Shown in pieces: positions 36,696-45,251 of a stretch of 64,000 bases of DNA. A program made the translations under genes and the position numbers. The stretch's first letter is position 1, and every line of letters begins with the position of its first letter. The DNA is from a virus: the IMG/VR virus record IMGVR_UViG_3300031087_000001. The stretch is one strand, 5' to 3'. The notes under the pieces were generated by a model. The model made no database searches, was not told the origin of the DNA, and saw only the letters and a program-made list of their open reading frames with translations.

Positions 36696-37955
36696 ATGGC
36701 AAATTTTGCGCAAAAGAAAACCGCTCGCGAATCGATTGAAGGTGCAGGCACCATCGTTCCGGACGGTATCGAACTGCCAGCTGAGTCCGTAGAAGGTACT
36801 CTGGCTGATATCGAGCACGACACCAAACCTATCGACCAGATGGACGCGGAAGCGGACGTACTGAGCGAAGATGGCGACGAAACCGACGCACAGCTGGACG
36901 CAGTTGATTCTGCACAGGCTGCTGCCGATGGCGAAGGCGAAGGTGACGATGCTGATATGGAAGCGGAAGAAGACATGCCTGACGATGCAGCCGAAGCGCT
37001 GGACGTTGCGCAGGAATCTATCCGTAAGCGCTGGGGATTCGATCATCGCACTAGCGTTGCTCGCGAAAGCTACGGTTCTCGTAACCGCCGTCAGGTTGCT
37101 CGTGAGTCCCTGTGGGACGACATCAAAGCCTTCCTGAAGCGTATCTGGGAATGGCTGAAAGAGCAGGGCCGTAAAGTTAAAGATCGCTGGCTGAAATTCA
37201 GCAACCAGGGTAAATCTATCCAGGCGCGTGCTAAGAAGTACGACGGTGCGATCCGCAACCTCGGCAAGCAGAAGAAAGACACCGTATCCGGTGGCTTCAT
37301 CAAGCAGCTGACCAAAGGCGGCAAATTCGTCGGTAACGACGTTGCTGCACTGAAAGCGGTTTCCAGCGAAATCGGTGCTATCTACGCTGCGCAGGAAGTG
37401 ACCGTGTCTAAACTGACTGGTCTGGTTGCAGGCGTGGAAGGCGGTAAGCTGAAAGCTGGCTTCGCCGAAGCGGTTAACGGCAGCATCCTGAAAAAGAACG
37501 GCACGGTTGACCTGCTGGGCAACCAGGTAGGTAAAGCAGAAATCACCGGCGAAGGCGACGAAGTCAATGCGTCCTTCACTGTGGTCGAAGCTGAAGGTAG
37601 CGTGGAAAGCTCGGTCTCTACTCCGAACGCATCTACCCTGTCCTCTCTGGTCGCCTTCTTCAACCAACTGGGTAAAGCTGTGGAAGAAAACGTGAAAGCG
37701 TACCACAAAAATAACCAGGCCGTTGAGAAGTACGAACGTGCTATCGAAGCTCTGCTCAAGCGTATTGACAACGTGAAAATCGATGACAATCCTGAGCTGA
37801 CCAGCAATGTCCGTGTTGCCCGCCGTGCTATCACTGTCGGTAACCAGATCATCTCCTACACTGAACGCTGCATCGCGACTGGTCAGAAAAACCTGATCAG
37901 CGGCGTAAACGGCTACATCAGTGCTGGTATTGCTGCGCACGAAAAGTCTAAGTAA
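36696..37955 (+). CDS. Head-protein-like paralog 2 (419 aa)
   Basis: The track ORF 36672 (GTG) is trimmed to ATG 36696 (GAGGATCAAAGAAG upstream). It is a paralog of 35344-36624. A strong terminator follows. Confidence 0.85.
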   Translation: MANFAQKKTARESIEGAGTIVPDGIELPAESVEGTLADIEHDTKPIDQMDAEADVLSEDGDETDAQLDAVDSAQAAADGEGEGDDADMEAEEDMPDDAAEALDVAQESIRKRWGFDHRTSVARESYGSRNRRQVARESLWDDIKAFLKRIWEWLKEQGRKVKDRWLKFSNQGKSIQARAKKYDGAIRNLGKQKKDTVSGGFIKQLTKGGKFVGNDVAALKAVSSEIGAIYAAQEVTVSKLTGLVAGVEGGKLKAGFAEAVNGSILKKNGTVDLLGNQVGKAEITGEGDEVNASFTVVEAEGSVESSVSTPNASTLSSLVAFFNQLGKAVEENVKAYHKNNQAVEKYERAIEALLKRIDNVKIDDNPELTSNVRVARRAITVGNQIISYTERCIATGQKNLISGVNGYISAGIAAHEKSK

Positions 37956-37968
37956 TTAGGCTGGCGTA

Positions 37969-38006
37969 ATCCCCCACTTCGGTGGGGGATTTCCCTTTCT
38001 TTTTTT
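37969..38006 (+). terminator. Rho-independent terminator
   Basis: ATCCCCCAC-UUCG-GTGGGGGAT followed by a T-rich run. Confidence 0.9.
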
Positions 38007-38028
38007 GTCCCGGATTATAAATGTTTTC

Positions 38029-38042
38029 AGATATATATTACC
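38029..38042 (+). promoter_or_regulatory. Promoter-like element copy 4 (AGATATATATTACC)
   Basis: A variant differing at two positions (G to T, T to C). It follows the terminator at 37969-38006, lies 54 nt upstream of ATG 38097, and shares the TTTTC upstream flank with copy 5. Confidence 0.6.
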
Positions 38043-38096
38043 TCAGTGAGATTCTATCCTGAATCTTTTATCTTACTTCCAATTGAGGATTATATC

Positions 38097-38753
38097 ATGA
38101 ACAATATCTTAACGTTTGCCGGTGTTACCCCTGTTGCCCTTGAGAACGGACGTCTGCAGTTTGCCAAAGGCGAAGCCCGTATGACCATCACGAAGCTGGA
38201 ACTCCACGCTATCAATCTGTGGCTGGCCAGTATGGATGCGCACAATCTGCCGACCCTGCTGAAAGTCGGGAGCAACCTGTTTACGGTGGCTAACACCGAA
38301 GTTATTCCGAGCCAGGAATATGCTGCGTTGCTGAAAGCCATGAAGGCTGGTCAGCTCGGTACCGATACCTTGCTGCAATGCGGTAGCCATTTCACCCACG
38401 AAGAGGTGGGTATGATTGGTAATGCTGATAACCCGCTGTATCTGCGTCAGGCGGAAGGCACCTGCGAAGCGGTGTTTGGTTATGCGGTAACTATCCCAAG
38501 CTGTGCAGAAAGAGCGCTGGCGGTGCACATGGTAAACGATGCAGTGAAAGCTACCGCTGCGAAAATGGGTAGCAGCGCCATCCCGGCTGTGTGCCGTAAC
38601 CTCAGCAGCCTGGGTGAAGAAGCACATCTCCAAACGCTGTTAGAGAGCTACCAGCAAATGTCGGTGACCGTACATGCCTCCACACTACTCGACGACCTGC
38701 TCGACGTGGTTGACAGTATGATGCTGCCGGTCACTCTGAAAGAAGCCGCATAA
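38097..38753 (+). CDS. Hypothetical protein (218 aa)
   Basis: First gene after promoter-like copy 4. ATG 38097 is preceded by GAGGATTATATC. Its stop codon sits in the loop of the terminator hairpin. Confidence 0.8.
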   Translation: MNNILTFAGVTPVALENGRLQFAKGEARMTITKLELHAINLWLASMDAHNLPTLLKVGSNLFTVANTEVIPSQEYAALLKAMKAGQLGTDTLLQCGSHFTHEEVGMIGNADNPLYLRQAEGTCEAVFGYAVTIPSCAERALAVHMVNDAVKATAAKMGSSAIPAVCRNLSSLGEEAHLQTLLESYQQMSVTVHASTLLDDLLDVVDSMMLPVTLKEAA

Positions 38754-38765
38754 GCGGCTTTTTTA
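38743..38765 (+). terminator. Rho-independent terminator
   Basis: AAGCCGC-ATAA-GCGGCTT followed by T6. The stop codon is in the loop. Confidence 0.8.
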
Positions 38766-38788
38766 CACTTCGACGTAACATTATGTTT

Positions 38789-38800
38789 TCGACCATTACC
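38789..38800 (+). promoter_or_regulatory. Class-2 leader element TCGACCATTACC
   Basis: Lies between the terminator at 38743-38765 and the Shine-Dalgarno of gene 38817, 16 nt before the ATG. Confidence 0.45.
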
Positions 38801-38816
38801 AGTAAGGAGTATTACC

Positions 38817-39377
38817 ATGAACTTTGTTAACCTGCTTAACGTAAAAGACATCCGCTCACAGTCCACCCCGTTAAACTCGGAGGTGTCGATATTGGTGATG
38901 ATTGACGGTGAAGAAATCACTGTCCCTCGCCCTGTGATGTTGGGTCTGGCGAACTTTGTCCACGTCGCCTACGGTGCTGCTTCGGCGAAGTCACTGCTTG
39001 ACTACGACAGCTACCGCTTTGAAATTCTCGAACGGGTCGAGTATGACCAGTTCATCGCCCTGCAGCCGTTCTACAAATACTTAACGGATGCAGGCTTATC
39101 CCGGATGTCTAAAGTGTATATCCGGGACTATTCACAAATTGAACACTTCTACCGCCGCAAACAAGAACGTGTGCCGGTAGAAATCGACGGCTTCCAGACT
39201 CGCCTTATCATGAAACCGCATAACTTCGAACTGATGGAGTGTGGGCTGGATATCGAACAGCGCCAGTTACGTCCTGACCTGATGCGTGGCTACAACCACA
39301 GTCTGACCGAGGTACGCGGTCTGGCCACGCGCCCAGGTGATGAGAATTGGTGGAGTAAACAACACGCTGCGCACTAA
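38817..39377 (+). CDS. Hypothetical protein (186 aa)
   Basis: TAAGGAG Shine-Dalgarno, preceded by a class-2 leader motif. Confidence 0.85.
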   Translation: MNFVNLLNVKDIRSQSTPLNSEVSILVMIDGEEITVPRPVMLGLANFVHVAYGAASAKSLLDYDSYRFEILERVEYDQFIALQPFYKYLTDAGLSRMSKVYIRDYSQIEHFYRRKQERVPVEIDGFQTRLIMKPHNFELMECGLDIEQRQLRPDLMRGYNHSLTEVRGLATRPGDENWWSKQHAAH

Positions 39378-39386
39378 GGGGGTGGC

Positions 39387-39737
39387 ATGGAATTCCAATA
39401 CAAAGGTAGCCTCACTCCACGTAGTGTCAACATGGAGTTTAAAGAAGATGATGTCGTGCATCGCTACAGCATTCTGTTGGAAGATGTACGGGTGGCATTG
39501 GAGAAACTCACTGACCCGGAATGGCTTGGTGAGTTAACCCTGCGTTTGGCGACCCCTGTGACCTGCACAGGGGATTTCTCCGGCGCAACCATGCAACACA
39601 TCGTGTTAGAGGCACAAGGCCGTGTGGTGCGTTTTACGTACTTTACAGACAAGATGCAACGTCGGACCTTCAGCCGTAATCAACTGATACGTTGTTTGCG
39701 CGGGTTAATCAAAGAACTGAATAAGGAAACGAGATGA
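39387..39737 (+). CDS. Hypothetical protein (116 aa)
   Basis: AAGGGGG Shine-Dalgarno. ATGA overlap with the DHFR gene. Confidence 0.8.
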   Translation: MEFQYKGSLTPRSVNMEFKEDDVVHRYSILLEDVRVALEKLTDPEWLGELTLRLATPVTCTGDFSGATMQHIVLEAQGRVVRFTYFTDKMQRRTFSRNQLIRCLRGLIKELNKETR

Positions 39738-40336
39738 AAATCTCTTTAATCGCGGCAGTGGACCGCAACAATGTCATCGGCAAATCCATCTCATTGAGTT
39801 TGCCGTGGCGCTTACCTGCTGACCTCAGGAACTTTAAAGAAGTGACCATGGGGAAAACCTGTATCGTAGGCCGTAAGACCTGGGAGAGTTTCGACTCTAC
39901 ACCGTTGCCGGGGCGTAAGTTTATTATCGTTACCCGTCACCCGGACGACCTACAGGTCAAGCTGCGTCGTCCTGAGCAACCGCTTGACACCGCGGTAGCA
40001 GCAACCAGTCTGGGTGCAGCCCTGGAGATGTGTGAAGAAGAAGGACTGAACGAAGTGTTCGTTATCGGGGGTGCTGAGATTTACCATCAGTGTCTGCCAA
40101 TGGCGCACACTGTCTATCTGTCCCGTCTTGACTTGGTTGTCGAGGGCGGTGATGTCTTCTTCCCAGAAATCAACCGGGACGAATTCCGCCTCGATGTCAG
40201 CCTGACGCACTTACCCGACGGTGAACTGCACACCCACCGTTGGACGTATCAAATCTGGAACCGTATTGAGCAACCCAGTAAAGTTACTCGTTACCCTGGC
40301 CATATTGTTACAAACCTTTCTTTGGAAATCCGCTAA
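39734..40336 (+). CDS. folA: Dihydrofolate reductase
   Basis: MKISLIAAVDRNNVIGK...LPWRLPADLRNFKEVTMGKTCIVGRKTWESF...PLPGRKFIIVTR...VFVIGGAEIYHQ is colinear with E. coli FolA signature regions. Confidence 0.95.
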   Translation: MKISLIAAVDRNNVIGKSISLSLPWRLPADLRNFKEVTMGKTCIVGRKTWESFDSTPLPGRKFIIVTRHPDDLQVKLRRPEQPLDTAVAATSLGAALEMCEEEGLNEVFVIGGAEIYHQCLPMAHTVYLSRLDLVVEGGDVFFPEINRDEFRLDVSLTHLPDGELHTHRWTYQIWNRIEQPSKVTRYPGHIVTNLSLEIR

Positions 40337-40674
40337 TGAACCCGAACAACTCTTATCCTGTTAAACGTATCACCCTGACCGAAGAAGGTGCTAAGACTGC
40401 CCGTGCAATAACCAGCTGCCCGATGAAGCTGACGGATGCTTTGATTGGCCAGGAAGGTATCTTCCTCATCTTTGGTGAACGTGACCGTGTCTTCCACCGC
40501 ATCGATGAGCCGGAAGAGTTTCTGCAACTGGCCGCAACGTTAGGTGACCAGGAACAAGCGTCTGACGTGGCTATCAATGTCACACCGCGCGACCTGTTCA
40601 TTGTTCGTGACAAACACCGTCATAGCGGCTTGCGCGCTGTCCGCTGGAAACGTGAGTGGTTAGCCCGCGCGTAA
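40336..40674 (+). CDS. Hypothetical protein (112 aa)
   Basis: TAATG overlap with the DHFR stop. Confidence 0.75.
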   Translation: MNPNNSYPVKRITLTEEGAKTARAITSCPMKLTDALIGQEGIFLIFGERDRVFHRIDEPEEFLQLAATLGDQEQASDVAINVTPRDLFIVRDKHRHSGLRAVRWKREWLARA

Positions 40675-40683
40675 TTAACTAAA

Positions 40684-40695
40684 TCGACCATGACC
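40684..40695 (+). promoter_or_regulatory. Class-2 leader element, variant TCGACCATGACC
   Basis: Preceded by AATTAACTAAA (compare AATTAACTCGACC at 47943). 16 nt before ATG 40712. Confidence 0.35.
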
Positions 40696-40711
40696 CTTAA
40701 GGAAAACGAAA

Positions 40712-41776
40712 ATGAAAACACCACAAGCTGAAGCTGCCTGGATGAAATTTGGCGAAGAAATCGAACAAGCGGTCGGCTCCATGCCACGACCAAAGACCCC
40801 AGAGGAGTTAAGGATTGAACATTTTGCCCAGTTCAAAATAGAGACGCATCGTAAGCAGTTAGGTGCGTACGGGCTAGTGCATTCTTTCAACCGCCTGCTG
40901 CGTCTGGCTGTTTCGATTGAGACGCGTCGGAAAATGGTTATGCCTGACCTTGAAGAGGTGTTGCGTAAACACCCACGCCTTTTCAAAGAAACGGCCACCG
41001 TAACAGAGTTCTTCGAATCGTGCTTGCCAAAGCTGCGCCTTAAACCGGAAGAGGTAATGATATTCAACCAGGCAAATGGGTGTTGGGTTTCGTATCTTGA
41101 TGTTATTGAGCGTAATGACGTTTGTCAACTAACGTTGGGCGATTTGAAAGTCCTGAAACGCGATGTCGGTTATCGTGTTGACTTAAAAGCCAACATCGCT
41201 GCGCTTGAGAATGAAATATTCGAAGTTGAAAAATTGCGGGTAAAGATTACCGTAAAAGGAAACTTCGGTAAGCGTTCTTACAAAGCAATGTGGCCGACAC
41301 CAGCGGGATCAGCCAGTTTGGCGACGAGCTGGATACAGAAACGTTTAGCGTCCATGCAGGTCTATCCTGAAGAAGTGCAGTTCACACTACCAGACGGCCG
41401 TAAAGCTGATGGTATTCATCTGGTGTCAACCAAATCTAAGTTACGTCTTACTGATTTGCGTTTCAAAGATGAAGACTTATTACCCGTGGGTACCAAACCT
41501 ATGACGGTGGGTGCGTTCGAGAATAAAATTCTCCAGCAGGAAGGTGTGATGATCATTTTGCGGCTTCCCGCAGACCAGAGCATACCCTACTTTTTCATCA
41601 GACGCGCTCCTGATGATTTACCGGTACAGGAATATGTTCGTAAGATTCTGAGTCGGTATGAATTGAAGCCTGAGGATGTGGTGTTTATCCATGGTGTCTC
41701 GATGCGGCCGTTTAACCCGGACGAGTTTTACACCATGAAACAGCTGCGCCAATCCTATCAGGGTAAGGTGCAGTAA
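40712..41776 (+). CDS. Hypothetical protein (354 aa) with three internal repeats
   Basis: AAGGAAAA Shine-Dalgarno, preceded by a class-2-like motif. The repeats are CLPKLRLKPEEVMIFNQANG, KRLASMQVYPEEVQFTLPDG and KILSRYELKPEDVVFIHGVS. A terminator follows. Confidence 0.8.
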   Translation: MKTPQAEAAWMKFGEEIEQAVGSMPRPKTPEELRIEHFAQFKIETHRKQLGAYGLVHSFNRLLRLAVSIETRRKMVMPDLEEVLRKHPRLFKETATVTEFFESCLPKLRLKPEEVMIFNQANGCWVSYLDVIERNDVCQLTLGDLKVLKRDVGYRVDLKANIAALENEIFEVEKLRVKITVKGNFGKRSYKAMWPTPAGSASLATSWIQKRLASMQVYPEEVQFTLPDGRKADGIHLVSTKSKLRLTDLRFKDEDLLPVGTKPMTVGAFENKILQQEGVMIILRLPADQSIPYFFIRRAPDDLPVQEYVRKILSRYELKPEDVVFIHGVSMRPFNPDEFYTMKQLRQSYQGKVQ

Positions 41777-41780
41777 AGAT

Positions 41781-41809
41781 AGGGGGCTTCGGCTCCCTGT
41801 TTTTTTTTT
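41781..41809 (+). terminator. Rho-independent terminator
   Basis: AGGGGGC-UUCG-GCTCCCT followed by T10. Confidence 0.9.
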
Positions 41810-41850
41810 GCATTTTCAGCCAGTGATATGACTACAACGAGGGAAAACCC

Positions 41851-43362
41851 ATGCAACAGTATTTCGAACTCCCATCGTTGGACGCAACCATTCGCAAACC
41901 GATTGTTGACGGTGTCGTACAACGCGTGTTAAATGAATCCGGTATTGACCAGGCTTCTGTTATCTTTGAAGACGAAGCCAATGATACAGCGTACCAGCCC
42001 GGCTCGACCCTTGGGGATGAGGTGCCTGTGGACTATGCGTCACCGGAACGTGTGTACGTCGAAGTCGAAGAAGAACGTGATGAATACGCTCGCATCAACC
42101 GTCAGGTCGGGATGCAAGCCGAACCGTACTTCTTTGAGAACGTCGATGATCAGGTACGCGCGTGGCCCGTCCGCACGATGTACAACATGACCATTACCCT
42201 GCGTCGCCACAGTGCGTCACGCGATGAGTTGCTGCGCTGGACAAACCGTCTCGACTCACTCATTGACATGGGGCGTTTCTCTATCATGACCGAAGCAGAG
42301 GCGTTCTATTATATCCCACGCCCTGCACTGCACCTGATTAATGCCTGCTATGTGGCAGCAGAAACCCGTGTGCCGAAGTTTGATGATTTCAAAGCGTACC
42401 TGAAAGCCCACTTTACCCCGGATGTGTTTGTCACGGGTAACGTGGCAGGTGGCCAGGAATCGTTGTCGGTGCGTTATGCGCCTACCCGGTTAGAAACCGT
42501 GTACGATGTGCAGGTACCGGCCTGGGACAAAGATGAGAACCGCTGGGAAGCTTCCTTTGTGATTCGCTTCTCGTATCAGCGTCCCGAAGAGATTGTGGTG
42601 TCGTATCCGTACATCATCAATCAAACACCCCTGCCGGAAGAATACTGGCCAGAGATTGACCCACCGTGGTTATCGAACGAAGAAGATGTTCAGCGTCACG
42701 CCCAACAGCGTAATCTGGATAGCACCTGGTGGATTAATGAAACCCGCCAGTTGATTCGTCTGCCGTATCTGCTCTCGCCGACCGAACAGTTCCACCGTAC
42801 TCACTCGCCGCTGAAAAGCAAGCTGCTGCATGTGTTTGGTACAGACGTGGTGTTTGATGCGGACAACATGGTCAACCCGCATGTGGTGAATGTCGATGAT
42901 TTGCCGTATGTCTGGAACAAAGACCTGCTGCCGTATATCGAACACTGTCGGGCAATCGACCCTACCGGACAACGGGGTGTCTTCCGCACGGAGTTGTTCG
43001 AAGAAGGTCAGATTATCGAGCCGCGCTTCTACCACTGGGAGAACGGGACACTGTCTTTACGTGGCCGAGACGTCAAAGTCAACAAAGGGTACTATCTCAC
43101 TGAATCGGTGATTTACGACTGGCGTAACTTTGACCTGTGGCCATTGCAGTTGTATCCGAAAGCAGCCAAGGTGCTGATTGAATGGCTGTTCCCGAACTGG
43201 GACGTGCCGAGTTGGTGGTGGGACTTGCCGAAGTTTCCACCGAGTGTGGATGACGACATCAAGAAGCTGACCCCAACCCCGGATAAGCGGATTCTGTTGA
43301 CCATCTTCAACACCACCATCTTCACCATGCGAGGAACAGAGAATGCTGAAAGCGTCGCGTGA
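41851..43362 (+). CDS. Hypothetical protein (503 aa)
   Basis: GAGGGAAAACCC Shine-Dalgarno. First ORF of a run of five overlapping or adjacent ORFs (to 47406) closed by a terminator, possibly a virion module. Confidence 0.8.
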   Translation: MQQYFELPSLDATIRKPIVDGVVQRVLNESGIDQASVIFEDEANDTAYQPGSTLGDEVPVDYASPERVYVEVEEERDEYARINRQVGMQAEPYFFENVDDQVRAWPVRTMYNMTITLRRHSASRDELLRWTNRLDSLIDMGRFSIMTEAEAFYYIPRPALHLINACYVAAETRVPKFDDFKAYLKAHFTPDVFVTGNVAGGQESLSVRYAPTRLETVYDVQVPAWDKDENRWEASFVIRFSYQRPEEIVVSYPYIINQTPLPEEYWPEIDPPWLSNEEDVQRHAQQRNLDSTWWINETRQLIRLPYLLSPTEQFHRTHSPLKSKLLHVFGTDVVFDADNMVNPHVVNVDDLPYVWNKDLLPYIEHCRAIDPTGQRGVFRTELFEEGQIIEPRFYHWENGTLSLRGRDVKVNKGYYLTESVIYDWRNFDLWPLQLYPKAAKVLIEWLFPNWDVPSWWWDLPKFPPSVDDDIKKLTPTPDKRILLTIFNTTIFTMRGTENAESVA

Positions 43363-44695
43363 GTCGACCACGTTCGTCCCGGTTGAGCCGGAAACGCCGA
43401 CTCTGAACACACCGCAAGACGGGGTGAAAGAAGCCAGTAACGTGGTGACCCAACCGCTGCGTACCACGGTAACGGACTTTGACCGTATCCCGAAACAGTA
43501 CCTGATGAAGTACGTGGAAGGGTCGGCCTGGAAGGTGGACTTCTTCAACTTCCTGAAAGGCCGTAACGATGCCAAGAAGTTCTTTGATACGCAGGTCATT
43601 ACCCCTGACCAGCAGTTAGAGAAAATCATTGGCATGGAACTGCGGGTGAAGTCTCCCCTTGACCGTAGTCAGGATGACAAGAACAAAACCTTCACCCTGA
43701 CCGGGTCAGCCACGCTTGCCAATACCGTTGCGCCGAACGAAGGCTGTTTCTTTGTAGTGCCGATTGGTGACAACCGTTATGCGCTGTTTAACATCACGCG
43801 TGTAACACGTATGTCCAACAACAAGGTCTCGACGTACGACATCGAGTATTCCATGTTGTTTGAAGTGTCCCCCGCAGTCGCAGAAACGATTCGTCGTTGT
43901 ACCGTGCGGGAATACTATTACGTTGCCGAACGTGCCTGGACGGGTGGCGATACCTTACTGACACCGAACGAGTATCGCTCTTTCCTGAAACTCGGTGATG
44001 CCATTAAGGACATCGAGACCACGTACGTGAAGCGATTCTGGGATTCGGAAACGGAAACGTTACTGTTCCCGCGTGACTGGCGTGTGTATGGGTTGAAAGG
44101 GGCATCGTACTACGACGTGTTCCTGTGCCTGTTTGTTCGGGCGATTGGGCTGCGTACGGTTGGGAAGGATATTCAAATCTATCCTCACCCGCCGAAGAAC
44201 GTGGCCGACGTGGAATGTTTGTTTACGGCATTGCTGCAACAACAAACCGCGTTTCTCGCGTCGTACAACAAACCGAACGGGGCGTACCTCGTTAACACAT
44301 TCCGGACGATGCAGACCCGTAACTCGATTGCCTGGTCACGTATCACCAACACCCGGTATTTCTCCGACGATTTGCGTTCGCCGAAGCAGTATCCGGCAGA
44401 CTGGGTGAAGTTTACAGAGTTCCCGCCTACTGTGGTGGATGAATACCGTGGCAATGCGGGTGAATCGTTACCGGCGTTCCTGCCGTTAACCTACACCCCG
44501 TACTTGTTGACGGAAACGTTCTACAACGGCTCGTACAGCTCGTTGTTGGAATATGGCCTGTATCTGTACCTTAACAAGCAACCGGTGCCGTCCACGATTG
44601 CCTTGAAGCTTGCTGAGGTGTGCAACACGTTGCCAGAGGATGCACAGTTCTATTACATCCCGATGGTATACGTGCTGTTGAAATACGCGAGGTAG
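43343..44695 (+). CDS. Hypothetical protein (450 aa)
   Basis: GAGGAACAGAGA Shine-Dalgarno. 20-nt overlap with the upstream ORF. Confidence 0.8.
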   Translation: MLKASRESTTFVPVEPETPTLNTPQDGVKEASNVVTQPLRTTVTDFDRIPKQYLMKYVEGSAWKVDFFNFLKGRNDAKKFFDTQVITPDQQLEKIIGMELRVKSPLDRSQDDKNKTFTLTGSATLANTVAPNEGCFFVVPIGDNRYALFNITRVTRMSNNKVSTYDIEYSMLFEVSPAVAETIRRCTVREYYYVAERAWTGGDTLLTPNEYRSFLKLGDAIKDIETTYVKRFWDSETETLLFPRDWRVYGLKGASYYDVFLCLFVRAIGLRTVGKDIQIYPHPPKNVADVECLFTALLQQQTAFLASYNKPNGAYLVNTFRTMQTRNSIAWSRITNTRYFSDDLRSPKQYPADWVKFTEFPPTVVDEYRGNAGESLPAFLPLTYTPYLLTETFYNGSYSSLLEYGLYLYLNKQPVPSTIALKLAEVCNTLPEDAQFYYIPMVYVLLKYAR

Positions 44696-44699
44696 TAGC

Positions 44700-45251
44700 G
44701 TGCAACATCAACGTGACCCGAAATTTACAGCAGCCTTTATGCTGTTCCACAAATGGGTGTTCTGGCGCGTACCGGAATACGCGACCATCACCAAATACGC
44801 CAGCCAGGAGCACGGGTTGTTCTTACCCGACGACCCGAAGAAGGCCCAGGCGATACTCCTGAACAAAAAGAGTATCTACCTGCACCCATCAGACGCTGCG
44901 GTGTATGCGGCGACCGGTGGTGCTTTAGATATCACTGACCCCAATGATGCTATCATGGTCTACGGGTGGATCATGGAGCATCTGGCAGATTGGCTACGGT
45001 ATATGGAACAACCACACCTGATGGTTCGTGCCGTGCCAATCGAAGGGTTGCGTGAGTTTAATGCGTTAGCAGGAAAACTCTTCCCAGTGGCGAACCGGTA
45101 TGGGTATTTTAAGGTACCGGAACGCACTATGGTCTCGGCGGTGCAGGCGTTGTTCGGTGAAGTGAAGGCAGAGGTACAACAGCATCGCTTCAACGACACG
45201 ATTATGCGTCGCATCGAGAAAATCTATCGCCAACGTGGAGGAATGCTCTAA
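44700..45251 (+). CDS. Hypothetical protein (183 aa)
   Basis: GTG start 7 nt after GAGG. An alternative ATG lies 13 codons downstream. Confidence 0.7.
   Translation: MQHQRDPKFTAAFMLFHKWVFWRVPEYATITKYASQEHGLFLPDDPKKAQAILLNKKSIYLHPSDAAVYAATGGALDITDPNDAIMVYGWIMEHLADWLRYMEQPHLMVRAVPIEGLREFNALAGKLFPVANRYGYFKVPERTMVSAVQALFGEVKAEVQQHRFNDTIMRRIEKIYRQRGGML

Noticed and set aside
35347-37940. Long antisense ORFs (35347-36234, 35481-36137, 36687-37940, 36614-36976) opposite the paralogous head-protein-like genes
   Set aside because: These are shadow frames of highly biased genes. They mutually overlap, have no ribosome-binding sites, and give low-complexity translations.
41811-41833. Possible eighth, degenerate promoter-like copy (ATTTTCAGCCAGTGATATGAC) after the terminator at 41781-41809
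   Set aside because: It shares only TTTTCAG and 7 of 8 positions of the core (GATATGAC versus KATATTAY), with a 5-nt insertion. It lies only 18 nt from ATG 41851, outside the 32-57 nt range of the good copies. It is too weak to call.
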